Part shown: positions 51,085-64,000 of the stretch, piece after piece | Position numbering within the stretch: the first letter of the stretch is position 1 | How the letters are laid out: every line of letters begins with the position of its first letter | Assembly: GCA_951406725.2 (NCBI GenBank) | Contig: OX597830.1 | Coordinates: 11,904,001-11,968,000 of the forward strand | Length of the DNA: 64,000 nt | DNA from: Octopus vulgaris | Taxonomy: Eukaryota | Direction of reading: 5' to 3' | The notes under the pieces: generated by a model | The model's database searches: none | Told to the model about the DNA's origin: nothing | What the model saw: only the letters and a program-made list of their open reading frames with translations | Position numbers and translations under genes: made by a program

Positions 51085-51273
51085 GTTGGGTATATTTGAA
51101 AAAGGAAAACAATGAATTCACTGGTAGTTCTAATCAATTTAATTTCTTAATAGTGTAATTTTACAATATGGTTTGAAGATCTACAAACCAAACTGTAAAA
51201 TTATATTATTAAAAAATGAAATTGATTAGAACGACCAGTGAATTCATTCGTTTCCTTTTTCAACATGACCAAC
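51085..51273. repeat. Imperfect ~190-bp palindrome (fold-back or MITE-like)
   Basis: GAAAAAGGAAA..AATGAATTCACTGGT.GTTCTAATCAATTT mirrored around about 51178. Confidence 0.9.
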
Positions 51274-51474
51274 AGAGGTAACAACTCTCTGGATTTCCTC
51301 CATCCTATTCTTATTCTAGCTATCACACTCTCCATGCATCCTCCCCACCACTTCTAATTTGGTCCCCTAGATAGCAGAAATTATCTACTACCTCTAATGA
51401 GCCACTAGGGCATATATACTTCATGATATATATATATATATATTCATATATAATATATATATTCATATATTTAG

Positions 51475-51780
51475 TAGCGAGATCATCAGAGAGAAGTCCG
51501 GCATGAGGGATGTCATCACAGAGTATACACGCAGCAAGTTTAGATGGGCTACACATGTCGCTTGGCTCACCGATAATCGGTGGACCCGTGCAGTTGTCAA
51601 GTGGTACCCGCGCAAGCGGAAACGACCATCCTGCAGACCTCCAGGACGGTGGAGTTATGATTTCAGGAGAACGATTGGGATCACGTGGATGAGAAAGGCG
51701 TGATCCAGAGAGGAGTGGACAGCGTGCTGTGACCAGCGGTGTCAAATGGACACCTGACAGACTGGTCAGTCAAGGTGATA
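51475..51780 (+). mobile_element. RTE LINE 3' end (different family)
   Basis: KFRWATHVA..DNRWT..V.KWYPR.RKRP..RPP.RW. Confidence 0.8.
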
Positions 51781-52884
51781 TTCATATGTAATATATATAT
51801 TCATATCAGCGGTGACTCCAGCACTCAGGCTGTTTGGGCTTAGTCCCCATGTGTAAATTTAGTAAAGTAAACGAGTATTTGCCAACACTGACTTCAAGTA
51901 TGTAATTGCAGCCAATAACTCAGGGCTCCTTTTATTGAGTCTGGTCACAGTTCATTTATTCCTGTTTAGCATCTGGCAGTCGTCCCATAGGTGTCCTGTG
52001 TCAAAAAATATCATTCACAGCAGATTTTCTCTTGACATTGTTCACACATGCCTGACCTGTGTTCAGAAGTAACAGCCTGAACTGTTATCTATAATTGTAA
52101 AAATTAAAAGTAATTCAAATTCAATGTTTTCTTGAAGCAATAAATTTCTGTAGCAGTCTATGGAAAGTTTCTATTCTACAATATTCTTAAAGGGAAGAAA
52201 AATTATCCACCAAATCAGGCTAATTATGAACAAGCCTGGTAGGTGTAAAAGACTAACTGGCATCTCTTGTCCAGAGTACAAAAGACAGTCAGATTGCTAA
52301 TGTATATATATTTACAGGTGTGTGTGTGTGTGTGTGTGTGCCTGTGTTTTTGCCCACCCCCTCCACTTACCACCCAGTGTTGGTTTATTTACGTCCCTAT
52401 AATGTAGCAGTTCAGCAATAACAGTTAATAGAATAAGGACAAGATGTGAAAAATAAGTGCAGGGTTTGATTTGTCTGATTAAACCCTTCAAGGCATGCCC
52501 CAGAATGGCCGTACTTGAATAACTGAAACAGGCAAAAAAATAATGATATTTTATTCTTTTTTCTTTGATATATCATAAAATACAAAATTGGGGTTTTTTT
52601 GTTTTAAATGTAAGTTAATAACTGAAACCATTGATGTAATAGGAACATTTTTTTTTATAAAGGTTGACCTTGATTTTCAGTTTTGTTTAGTAAATGTTAA
52701 CTGATATTATCTATAATGAGAAATTTATGTGTGTAATTGGGTGTGTAGGGGGAAGGGTACAAGGGGGGAAGGAAACCTGTATCTGATAAAAAATTAGATA
52801 TGTATCATCTTAATTTATCATGCATTGTTATGAATTTTGAACTCTGTACTATTTGTCTTATCTGTATAGTTTCTTTAATTTTAG

Positions 52885-52994
52885 ATACCATTACTCCTTC
52901 AGTAATTCACATAGGTAACCTGATATAGTTAACTGCTCTTAATTCAATATTTCATTTAGTGAGGGAATATTTACTGCATTGAAGGATAATTTTG
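52885..52994 (+). other. Putative non-coding exon
   Basis: TTTCTTTAATTTTAG acceptor; TTG|GTAAGT donor; stops in all three frames. Confidence 0.4.
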
Positions 52995-53336
52995 GTAAGT
53001 AAACTTTCTTTTAGTGTAAAATATTGGAAACAATATAATTTGATTTAATTAACTCGAAGCTGTATAGGGTCACTTGATTCGACGGATGCTACTATTGTTT
53101 GCAGTCGAGTTTACCTAACTGAAAGGTGAAAAGAATGTTAACCAATCTATTATTAAAAGAAACCTGTAAATATATTCAATATGAATATGAATATGCCAAT
53201 ATTATTTCAATCTCAAAATAATGTCATATATTTTTTAAAAAATTATGTTATGCATAATACTGAAATCATGGTAACAGTTAATTGCTAAATAAAAGCAACA
53301 TCCATATTTCACAGAATTCCAATTTTCTATTTATTA

Positions 53337-53890
53337 TGGCTTGGTGGTAAGGGCATTTGGCTCACGACTGCAAGGTTGTGAGTTCAATTCCCGATGGTGT
53401 GTTGTATCCTTGTGCAAAACACTTTATTTCACATGGCTCCAGTCCACTCACATGGCAAAAATGAGTAGTACCTGTATTTCAAAGGGCCAACCTTGTCACA
53501 CTCAGTGTCGTGGTGAATCTCTCTGAGAACTACATTAAGGGTATGCATGTATGTGGCGAGATGGCAGAATCGTTAGCATGCCAGGCGAAATGCTTAGCGG
53601 TATTTCGTCTGTCATTACATTGTGAGTTCAAATTCCGCTGAGGTCGACTTTGCCTTTCATCCTTTTGGGGTCGATAAATTAAGTACCAGTTACGCACTGG
53701 GGTTGATGTAATTAACTTAATACCTATGTCTGTCCTTGTTTGTCCCTTCTATGTTTAGCCCTTTGTGGGTAATAAAGGAATAGGTATGCATGTCTGTGGA
53801 GTGCTCAGCCACTTGTATGTTAATTTCACTAGCAGATTGTTCTGAAGTTAGATCAACTGGAACCCTTATCCTTGTAACTGATGTAGTGCT
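53337..53890 (+). mobile_element. SINE family D with a nested SINE family B (about 53555-53782)
   Basis: The D sequence resumes after the B copy; duplicated GGTATGCATGT at 53540-53550 and 53783-53793. Confidence 0.85.
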
Positions 53891-54494
53891 AGTTATTTTG
53901 TTATTTTTTCTGGAGATAGTTTTAATAAATGGCTTTAAAGACATGCCTGTTGGTTTGGTTTTGTTTAATTCTATATTAGTTGGCCACATAGACACATAAC
54001 CTCCATCTTCCTTCAGCTGTTTTGAAACACACAGCCAGAATTTGAAAAAAAAAAAAATGCTGTGATCTTGATGTAGTATTTGCGTGTTTTAAATTTCGAC
54101 AATTAAAAGAGAACAGAGAAAGAAAATGTTACTTAGTTGGATTAATAACAATATACAAATTCTCTTTCATTATCCTGGTATAGACGAAAATAGTTTAGAA
54201 GTTACATATAGTACAAAGACAATATTATAATCTACGCATCACATTATGCATCGTAACTAGTGTGACTATACTCATTATATGTGTACAAATTCAGTTTTAT
54301 TTTATTACTAGCGAACATTGGATCAAACAGTAAATTCATATCATACTTCGGAAAAACAATGTATGAATATGAAGTATAACAGCATGAAAGAAGAATATAT
54401 GAATAAACATGTTTCAATTTCCATTTTCTTTCATATCTCTCCAGCTTGCATCCATATGTGTAAAATTATTTAAATATCTATTTATATGTATTTT

Positions 54495-54540
<46 letters not shown>

Positions 54541-54573
54541 ATATTGTATTATTTTATATCATATTATATTATA

Positions 54574-54972
54574 CTAGCAGTGTCGCCCGGCGTTGCTTGG
54601 GTTTGTAAGGGAAATAACTATATAAGCATTTTTAGAGAGTTATAGCCAAAAAATAGCAAAAAAAATGCATTAAAAATGGAACAAAAATTATGGTAAATTT
54701 TTTAAAAATCGTTGACTCATCGTAGACATTTTTAGAGAGTTACTTACCTTATATAATAGCGAAAAAAATGCATTTAATTGGAAAAAAATTATGGTAAATT
54801 TTTTTTAAAATCATAGACTCATCGTAGACATGGGCTAATACCCAGAAGGGCTCGATATGAATCACGACTATAAGATACCTGGTTTTGGTTAAACTGCACC
54901 GCAAAACGTGGGAGTAGTTAGGAATCTAAATCGTAGGAGACAGACACACAACCTTACTTTTATATATAAAGA
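54574..54972 (-). mobile_element. Non-autonomous Helitron-like element, paralog of 3822-4458
   Basis: Same CTAG end with hairpin and TC start. Confidence 0.8.
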
Positions 54973-55044
54973 TTATATGTATATATTATATTATATATAT
55001 ATATTTATATATATTACATTAATTTTTATCATATTTTATATATA

Positions 55045-55910
55045 CAAGGTGTCATGTCGCCATTTTATATTTTTAATCTTGCACATGCGCATTGTTTGTT
55101 CTTGATTTTGTCAACTACACAGTATGGTAGGGTCAGTTGGGCACTGTCTGTGGGAAAAAGAGCACCATGACGCATTTCACCCTGCCAAAAATTTGGAAAT
55201 GACATGCTGTTCTGCTTGGCTTTCACACTGGAAGCTCCAATACGAACATTTCAGAGTGTTTGGGTGTCAATCTGAGGACATGTACAGAAAGTGATAAAAA
55301 TCAAACATCCAGTCAACATCATGGTGTTTGGAGTGATCACTAGTGATGGTGATGTTATGCCTTCATTCAACTTCTAACACAGCCTCAAACTCGACACGGA
55401 GGCCTACATCAAGTGCCTGGAGGAGGTAGTGCTGCCCTGGGTCAAAAGGATGGTTGCTGGAACACCCCATGTCTGGCAACAGGACTCTGCACCATGCCAC
55501 ATAAGCAGGGGAACTCAGTCATGGCTGTCAGACAATTTCTGCGACCACAGCACCCCTAACATCTGGCAACTTAACTCCCCAGATTGCAAGCCCCTTGATT
55601 ATTATGTGTGGAGTGCACAGTTGTGTGAGAGACCAACAAAACTCCTTGTAACACCAAAGATGAACTGAAGGTAAGGGTTGTGGCAGCTTTCACTAACTTA
55701 AACAAGGAGACCGTCCAGAAGAGTTGCAGAAGATTCTGAAGTCGTCTGGAGGCTGTGGTTGAAGCCAATGGCGCTTTTATTGAATAAATTTACTCTTTAG
55801 TATTTCAAGATATTTTTATGTAATTTTGGCAAATATATCTGTTAAAATGAGATGTCAGTGTTATTTTCATTTTTGAGTAATTTAGACGACAGGTTGTTCA
55901 CTGCACCTTG
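55045..55910 (+). mobile_element. maT (DD37D) Tc1/mariner element, internally deleted
   Basis: WQQDSAPCH...NSPDCKPLDYYVW with 37 residues between the 2nd and 3rd D; CAAGGTG/CACCTTG termini. Confidence 0.85.
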
Positions 55911-55939
55911 TGTGTGTGTATGTATATATGTATATATAT

Positions 55940-56280
55940 ATGGTGGTTGTCTACTCCTTATGCAGATTGACCACCTTCTCTACCTACACCTTAGCACCAT
56001 CATGGCATCTGATGTGGCTTTTTAAATCAGACAATGTTCTGAAAAGACACCCACATAGATTGGATATTTGCTTTGGACCACCAAGAGCTGCAGATAAGTT
56101 CTGCTCTTTGCGGATCTTAAAATATCTTTTGAGGCCTCCGTTAGATTTGCAAAATCTTCTGGCATACACTGCAGTCAAAGGTGTGCACAGACATATAGGC
56201 AGAATAGTTGGTGGAGGTTCATTTTCCATGGGTTCGCAAATGAGATTTGAACCTAGCAAAAGAAAGGCATGGTCCAAAGG
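55940..56280 (-). mobile_element. RTE-type 3' end with decayed C2H2 fingers (a shorter plus-strand piece at about 61330-61455)
   Basis: RFCKSNGGLKRYFKI and LCGCLFRTLSDLKSHIRCH; repeated in the window and ending in (TA)n. Confidence 0.6.
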
Positions 56281-56491
56281 TGGCTAATTTAGCTAATTTT
56301 GTCAAGCTCCCTTTTCAGTTTGTAAGATAGAAATTTAAATGTAATAAAATGTTTTAAAAGAAATTTAAAGTACCTATGGGATAACTGTAAACCTACTTTT
56401 GGGCCACCCTCTATATTATATTGCATATATATGTGTATGTATGTGTGCATATATATTATATTACACACACACACACATACATATATATATG

Positions 56492-56573
<82 letters not shown>

Positions 56574-57059
56574 TATACATACATATATACACACACACAT
56601 ATATGTATGTATGTATGCATGTATCTATGTATCTATTTGTGTGTTTATATATATATACATATATATTTACAGGAGGTTGATTATATGGCTGGCCACAGAG
56701 TGACCAATGGTTTCAAACCCATAAAGCGCTTAGTTTTGTAGACAACTCATTAGACTCCACTGGCCACAGGCATATAACCTCTCTTCAAATTGGAGGGAGT
56801 AAACCGTTATAGCCAGTTAATTTGTAAACTAAGAGTATTATATATTGTCTGAGCCTTAAATGGGATGTATCATTGTCCTTAGATTTGTCCAGTGAGCAAG
56901 TTTTTATGGTCTTAATTGACAAATAAGATATCTCTGCCCTTAGGCTAGTTCCTTTGGGGGCACCATCGTATTGGAAGTCACTTGACCCTGTTATCTCCCC
57001 TACTGTCCTCTCGCATCTGACCATTGTCTGAAGTCAGGTCGCCATGATAGATCGTTAGC

Positions 57060-57240
57060 TCCTACACGCATTTTTTTCTCTCCTTGTTTCTCTCCTTGTT
57101 TTTTTCTGTGTATCTTTCTGTCGAAGAGCGTAGGCTCGAAACGTAAAAGTCTTTTTCTATTCCTGAGCGCTATACTAATACATTTGTTTGTTTGTACTCC
57201 ACCTGCCTTCATCTTTTGTTTATTTTCGTAAACTTTCCCT
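57060..57240 (+). mobile_element. Penelope-terminal-repeat-like element with variant hammerhead
   Basis: CTTT-CTGTCGA-A-GAGC-GTAG-GCTC-GAAA-CG-TA-AAAG at 57114-57149; paralog at 60665-60850. Confidence 0.6.
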
Positions 57241-58220
57241 TCCTGTGTGGAAGATGCATAGGATCCTTAAAAACTTTAAAAACTCTGGAAATTGATTCTC
57301 TCAAATGCCCTAGTGGCTCATTAGAGGTAGTAGATAATTTCTGTTACTTAGGGGACCAAATTAGAAGTGGGGGAAGGATGCACATAGAGTGTGATAGCTG
57401 GAATAAGGATAGGATGGAAGAAATTCAGAGAGTTATTACTTCTGTTGGTCATGAAAGATTTCTCTCTCCGTGTGAAAGGAAGATTGCATGATGCATGTAT
57501 ACAGACAGCAATTCTACATGGTAGTGAGATGTGAGACTTGAATGCAGAGGATATGCGAAGGTTAGAAAGGAATGAGGTTAGTATGCTCAGCTGGATATGT
57601 AATGTAAGTGTACATGTTTGACAGAGTGCTGGTATTCTGAGATAGAAGTTAGGCATAAGAGAAATTGGTTGCTGTGTACAGGAGAGAAAACTGTGCTGGT
57701 TTTGGTCATGTGATGTAGATGGATGACAACAGCTCCATAACAAAGTGCCGATCTGTCAAAGTGGATAGAACACGTGAAAGTGGAAGGACATGGGATGAAA
57801 TACTGAAGAATGATGTCTAGATGCTGAGCCTTTCAGGTGAAATGATAGAGGACCAAGATGCCTGGTGCCTTGCCATACTCATAAAGACCTGTACTCAGCA
57901 ACAGGAGTGTTAAGGTCGATCCTTCTGGTGTAAAAATCTTGTGGTGATGCCATATAAAAACACTTGTGTGGTGCCATGTGTAGTGATATGTAAAAGCACC
58001 TGTGTGGCATCACATAAATGTGCCATGTGCAGCACCACATAAAAGCACCCAGCACATTCTGTAAAGTGGTTAGTGTTAGGGAGTGCATCCAGCCATAGAA
58101 ACCATGCCAAATCAGACTGGGGTCTGGTGCAGCTCCCCAGCTTGCCAGTTCTGGTCAAACCATCCTATCAATGCCAGCATGGACATTAAATGATGACAAT
58201 GATGATGATGATGATGATGA
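57241..58220 (+). mobile_element. RTE LINE 3' part with (GAT)n tail
   Basis: SLEVVDNFCYLGDQI, KFRELLLLL, KGRLHDACI..ILHGSE; same group as 20375. Confidence 0.8.
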
Positions 58221-58988
58221 TAATAATGGTGATAATATGTATAAATATGATTATGTAAATTAAATAAATGACAAGGGAATAAGAAATTATGTCAAGAAAT
58301 TCATTAACTTACCACTGCCACTGCTGTAAGACGCAATGCTCTCACTGCTCCAATGAAGCTATAGGATGATACACAAGCACCTAGCTATGAGTGCATTGCC
58401 CCTTATAGCAGAAACTGCAGTAAGACAATGCAGGTAATGACATGATTTCTTTGTCATTTATTCAATTTCTTATTACTGCTCTGTACTTGACTGACACTTT
58501 GTTCTGAAGCACATATATGTTGAGTTCTAACAACAGAGTATTAGTATTGCCATGCCTGAGCAATACACACACACACATAGTATGTTGAGTATACTTATAC
58601 AAAAATAGATATACACCATGTTAGTGCTTGGGCTGTTCTAATTCTTAAAATCCAATCTCAAAATCCCCCTCCCCCAACATCACTTGACAACTGATGCTGG
58701 TGTGTTTACGTCCCTGCAACTTAGCAGTTTGGCAAAAGAGACCGATAGAATAAGTACTAGGTTTACAAAGAGTAAGTCCTGGGGTCGATTTGCTCGACTA
58801 AAGGCAGTGCTCCAGCATGGCCACAGTCAAATGAGTGAAACAAATAAAAGAATAAACTGTCATAAGGGTACAAATATATTTATGTAAGCTGCAACATATT
58901 ATTACAAGTTATAGTGAGACCCTACAGCTATTCTGACTCTTCCTGCAAAGAGTAGATATTCTGATGCATGTTATCCAACCAGGTTTAA

Positions 58989-59210
58989 CCCTTTCATTAC
59001 CATATTTATTTTGAGATGCTCTGTGTTTCTTTCAATTAATTTTAAATATAACAAAGAATTTAGTAAAATAACTTGGTTATCATTCAGCTAGTGTTAGGAA
59101 AGTAAATTGTGACTAAGGCTTGGTGGAAGATTTTCATTCAAAACTTATGAAAACAAGACATTTGTACTACAGAGCCAGAGCCGGTTTTGGCCGGGTTAGT
59201 AACAAAAGGG
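58989..59210 (-). mobile_element. piggyBac-like MITE, paralog of 32975
   Basis: TTAA-flanked CCCTT/AAGGG termini. Confidence 0.85.
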
Positions 59211-60000
59211 TTAACAATAGCATATAGGGAAACTAATGTCACTGCACACAAACCATGCTACAAAGTACCTTTGTGCATCTATAAGTAATACATCATCTTC
59301 AGGTGGCAAATGCAAAGGTAGGAAAAATTCCCAAGACAAAATAGAGATGTCAGGGTATTAGATATAGATGTCAGTGATAGAAAGAAGAAAGTATACATTA
59401 TTGCAGATGTAGGAGAAAGAAAAAGAGAGAACAACTTATAATGAGAAATTAGTATATCAGCTTGTAAGAAATATGTAAAGGGCGGTGAAGGAGAAGTAAA
59501 TACTGAGTTAAAAAGAGAGTAGATAAGGAATGATAGGCCATGAAGACACAGGGAAAGGGAAGATAATGATAGTATATAATGGGATATTAAAGAAAGCAAG
59601 CTAGAGGAAGGAAAAGAAAAAGAAGAAAAAGAAGGAAAGCTTAAAGGGCCAGTCAGTCAAAGATGCCTATCCTACTGCAAGAAAAGGTTATAAAACCAAG
59701 TAATGAGAGATGTAGACTAGGGGAGACTCCTTACTCTGTTTAAAGATACCACTATCACTTGTTAAGGACCTCATCTGACATTAGTGTCTGGTTTTAATTA
59801 AGGAACTCACTGATAGGGGTAGCATATATGAGGGAGCACAGCTAACAGTAAGTGGAGTGTGGAAGGAAACATTATTATGTACAATGACAAAGCAAACAAA
59901 AACAATAGAATTTATCAATGTAAGTGAAAATGCTGAGCTAAAAAGCATTTTTAGAGTGGCCCTTTCAAGAGTGAAAATGGTGGGATGAAACCAATCTTTA

Positions 60001-60415
60001 TTGGTTTCAAATTTTGGCACAGTGCCAGCAATTTGGGGGATGGTGGTGGTGGTGGTGGGTGGGGGTAAGTTGATTACATTGACCCCAGTGCTCAACTGGT
60101 ACTTATTTTATTGACCTTGAAAGGATGATAGACAAAGTCGACCTCGGTGGAATTTGAACTCAGAACGTAGCAGCAGACGAAATACCTATTTCTTTACTAC
60201 CCACAAGGGGCTAAACACAGAGGGGACAAAGAAGGACAGACAAACGGATTGAGTCGATTACATCGACCCCAGTGTGTAACTGGTACTTATTTTATTGACC
60301 TTGAAAGGATGAAAGGCAAAGTCAACCTCGATGGAATTTGAACTCAGAACATGAAGATTGATGAAATGTCATTGAGCATTTTGTCCAGAGTGTTAACGAT
60401 TCTGCCAGCTCACCC
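60001..60415 (-). mobile_element. SINE family B dimer
   Basis: Two body units joined by the same junction as in the 12049 trimer. Confidence 0.85.
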
Positions 60416-60664
60416 CATTTATTTGGGTGGGTGGGAGTAAATATTGTGTGAGTTGTCATTAAGTTAAAATTCCACTCAATTATGGAAAATTTATAATTCC
60501 TACCAATTTGTGTAGTAAAATCTGGAAAAGTGGTTCAAAGAATGAGTTTAGGGGTGAGCTAAAACTTAGATTAATCTGACTCAATTTGAGCAGATTAATC
60601 TGTGATAAAAAAAGGAAAGGTTTATAAAGTTTATGGTGGTATAAGGATATGATAGATCGGTAGC

Positions 60665-60850
60665 CACTACACACAATTTTTCTCTCTTTGTTTCTCTCCT
60701 TGTTTCTTTCTGTGTCCCTTTCTGTAGAAGAGCGTAGGCTCGAAACGTAAAAGACTTTTCCTATTCCTGAGCGTTATACTAATGCATCTGTTTGTTTTCT
60801 ACACCACCTGTCTTTGTCTTTTGCATTTTTTTTTTTGTGAATTCTCCCTG
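60665..60850 (+). mobile_element. Penelope-terminal-repeat-like element with variant hammerhead
   Basis: CTTT-CTGTAGA-A-GAGC-GTAG-GCTC-GAAA-CG-TA-AAAG at 60718-60753. Confidence 0.6.
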
Positions 60851-60881
<31 letters not shown>

Positions 60882-61104
60882 GAAATGGAAATTGTAGTTG
60901 TGATACCTGTGCCGGTGGCACGTAAAAAGCACCCAATACACTTATGGAGTGGTTGGCGTTAGGAAGGGCATCCAGCTGTAGAAACTCTGCCAGATCAGAC
61001 TGGAGCCTGGTGCAGCTTTCTGGCTTCCCAGATTCCGGTTGAACCGTCCAACTTGTGCTAGCATGGAAAACGAACGTTAAACGATGATGATGATGATGAT
61101 GATG

Positions 61105-61135
<31 letters not shown>

Positions 61136-61289
61136 CTGAAGTGTACAGTATTATATGCCCATCATGGCTGATCTTACCAACTGGTTTCACGCAAGGAATG
61201 CAATGGAGTGTTAGGTAACAATCCAATTATATAACCGTACACTCATTAACGTTAGCCAATATGGAAGGGAACACCATTACACATTTATG

Positions 61290-61327
<38 letters not shown>

Positions 61328-61583
61328 ATCTATGTGGGGTGTCTTTTCAAAACATTGTCTGGTTTGAAAAGCCACATCAGATGTCACGATGGTTCTAAGG
61401 TATAAGTACAGGAGGTGATCAAACTCTGCATAAGGAGTAGACAACCACCATATATATTTATGTATGTATATGGAAGGGTATTACATATGTACATGTATGT
61501 GTATATTGATGCCTAATATTTCATGAGTCAGAAATATTGGAGGCACTCATATATTAGGTAATAGAGTAGGTATAGAGTTAGTA

Positions 61584-61585
<2 letters not shown>

Positions 61586-61614
<29 letters not shown>

Positions 61615-61618
61615 GTTA

Positions 61619-61683
<65 letters not shown>

Positions 61684-61686
61684 TAT
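61586..61686. repeat. (TTA)n microsatellite
   Basis: Directly visible. Confidence 0.95.
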
Positions 61687-62209
61687 CTAGCAAAGGAAAT
61701 TATATCTAGTGAAACTATCCAACTCATGTCAGTGTGGAAGACAAACATTAAATGATGATATTACAGCTTCATTGCAACCAGTTTATGTTACCAATGGTTT
61801 CATGCTACAAAAAAGAGAAATGCAAATTCATTGGATGTGGCTGAATGGAAAATTATGGTTACTGCAGTAGATCTGAAGATGCCACATCTGGTTTATGGAT
61901 TTTAGAGTTATTGTAAAAAAAAAATGGAATAAGAAAAAAAAAAATTCATAGATAAATTAGCGGTGGTGCCCCAGCATGGCTGCGGCCTTCGGGCTTAAAC
62001 GTTTTTAAGGATTTAAGGATCTCCCTGGAAGATAGATGAGGAGACCCAAATCAAAGAGAACAAGACTAGCTCTTAAGCCGATCAGAATTATGCCCCTTGG
62101 AATTGGTCCCTTCCTGTCAACCAGTGATCTGTATGCCAGGATTCAGAACAGATGGAGAGAGAGTAAGACCGAGTTGGGGAGGGTTATTCTTAAATATTAA
62201 TGGTCATGC

Positions 62210-62275
<66 letters not shown>

Positions 62276-63110
62276 GTTTGTATGTATAAATATTGGATGT
62301 ATGGAAAATATTAACTCCCCGTTTATGGTGAGGAAAGCACTGATAGGGAAATAATCACTCCTTATACTTGGGCTGCACCCAGCTAGCCTGCTAACATATA
62401 CTTGTGCTCATGAGGGCAAGAGGTGAATGTGTTAAGAGATTAGGGGTCTATATAAAATGGGATTTAAGTAAGAATAGGGTCAATATAAAAGAAAAAAAGA
62501 TGAAGTACAATGGTGGCATTTATAAACAATCTTGTTAAGAAACATAGAATATATAAAAAGATCATGTTATGTAAAGTTTTCAGTGTATACAAAGGTTAAT
62601 CTTGTAAGGGGCAAGTGTGTGGGACAAAGGTTACTGCAAAAGCAAAGAACCATATGAAAAGAGATAAAAGGGTACAAGAAAGAAGGATAAAAGCAGTGTA
62701 GGAGGCAGTACAGTGAACCCATGTTTAAAGGTTGATATATAACAGACGTCTGAGTTAGTTAAAAACATACAATATCATAGAGTGGCTAGCATGAAGAGTC
62801 AGAGGATAAATTTCCTTTTGTGAGGATATGAAGAAATCAGCTCTAGTTTAGAACATGAGAAATTAAGAGGCTGTGTAAGAATGCTCAGTTTTTTGAATGA
62901 GGAAAGGGGGAACTGGAGATGATTGGTATAGGCAAGAGGGGATTCAATAATTGATTGTTTAATTTTATAGTTAGAGATATCTTATAAATTGCAAATGTAT
63001 TTTGAATGTTGCTACTCTTTTATTTTCGTGTCTAAATGGGTGGGTGTACTGAGTGTCTTTAGATTTGAATGAGTTCTCAATAGAGCCTATTTAGTACCTT
63101 GTCTCATTAT

Positions 63111-63520
63111 TCTTTTAGTCTTTTACTTGTTTCAGTCATTTGACTGTGGCCATGCTGGAGCACCGCCTTCAGTTGAGCAAATCGACCCCAGGACTTATTC
63201 TTTGTAAGCCCAGTACTTATTTTATCGATCTCTCTTGCCGAACCGCTAAGTTACTGGGACGTAAACACACCAGCATCGGTTGTCAAGTGATGTTGGGGGG
63301 GAAAAACACAGACACACAAACATACACACACACAAACACATACATAAATATATATATGACAGGCTTCTTTCAGTTTCTGTCTACCAAATCCACTCACAAG
63401 GCTTTGGTCGGCTTGAAGCTATAGCAGAAGACACTTGCCCAAGGTGCCACACAGTGGGACTGAACCCAGAACCATGTGGTTTGTAAGCAAGCTATTTACC
63501 ACACAGCCACTCCTACGTCT
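63111..63520 (-). mobile_element. SINE family A, full length
   Basis: Family match. Confidence 0.9.
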
Positions 63521-63706
63521 AGGAGGTGTTGTTATTATTGGTAGAAATTTTGTAGCAGTGAACAACACTTTTCTGCATTGCTTTTAAGGGTGTGTAGGAT
63601 GTATAATCGAGTTGCTCTCTAGTATCCATCTTACATTCTTTGTATCATCTATCAACACTGTATATTTTCGGTACATTATGCATCCTATAACAAACACAGA
63701 CACACA

Positions 63707-63747
<41 letters not shown>

Positions 63748-64000
63748 TTAAGTTTGAAACAATAATTTAAAGTAGATTTCTTTTTCCCTTAGTCATACCT
63801 TGTAGTGTAATTGACAATGTCACTTTGTCATGGCATTTTTTGTTCTCATTTTGGGGTACTTTTAAGCATCTGCGAGTTACAAAATTAGAAATATTAAATT
63901 TCTAAATATCTCAGAGAGATATGAGCGGTGGTGGAATGATAGAGCAGTTGTATACTGTCAACTTAACGTGACAGTCCTGCAAAGGGAATCACACCACCAC

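Noticed and set aside
53056-53071. GAAGCTGTATAGGGTC resembling antisense large-subunit or mitochondrial rRNA (NUMT)
   Set aside because: Too short and mismatched, with no flanking rRNA similarity
55984-56277. C2H2 zinc-finger host gene
   Set aside because: Degenerate ligands, a repeated copy at about 61330 and a microsatellite tail indicate a LINE 3' end

Overview
AT-rich, microsatellite-dense eukaryotic DNA, most likely an octopus or related coleoid cephalopod (inferred from the SINE families and repeat landscape, not from a database search). I find no intact protein-coding gene; nearly all ORFs in the track are microsatellite read-throughs or decayed transposon fragments. Retroelements include four tRNA-headed SINE families (called A-D here) and decayed LINEs: R4/Dong-like in (TAA)n, Tx1/L1, RTE, CR1 and an R2/NeSL-like piece. 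DNA elements include Tc1, mariner, maT DD37D, Tigger/pogo, Merlin (a transposase relic plus two MITEs with 8-bp TSDs), hAT and piggyBac MITEs, and non-autonomous Helitrons. One tRNA-Leu(TAA) gene lies at 33792-33874. The most interesting signals are five Penelope-type minimal hammerhead ribozyme motifs (two families share non-canonical cores), many fold-back or inverted structures that could be dsRNA substrates, a multimeric SINE whose tail resembles a Tx1-like LINE 3' end, an apparent CpG-depletion boundary near 19 kb, and a few stop-riddled exons suggesting a long non-coding or 5'UTR transcript. Repeat boundaries are approximate unless a TSD or TIR is quoted.
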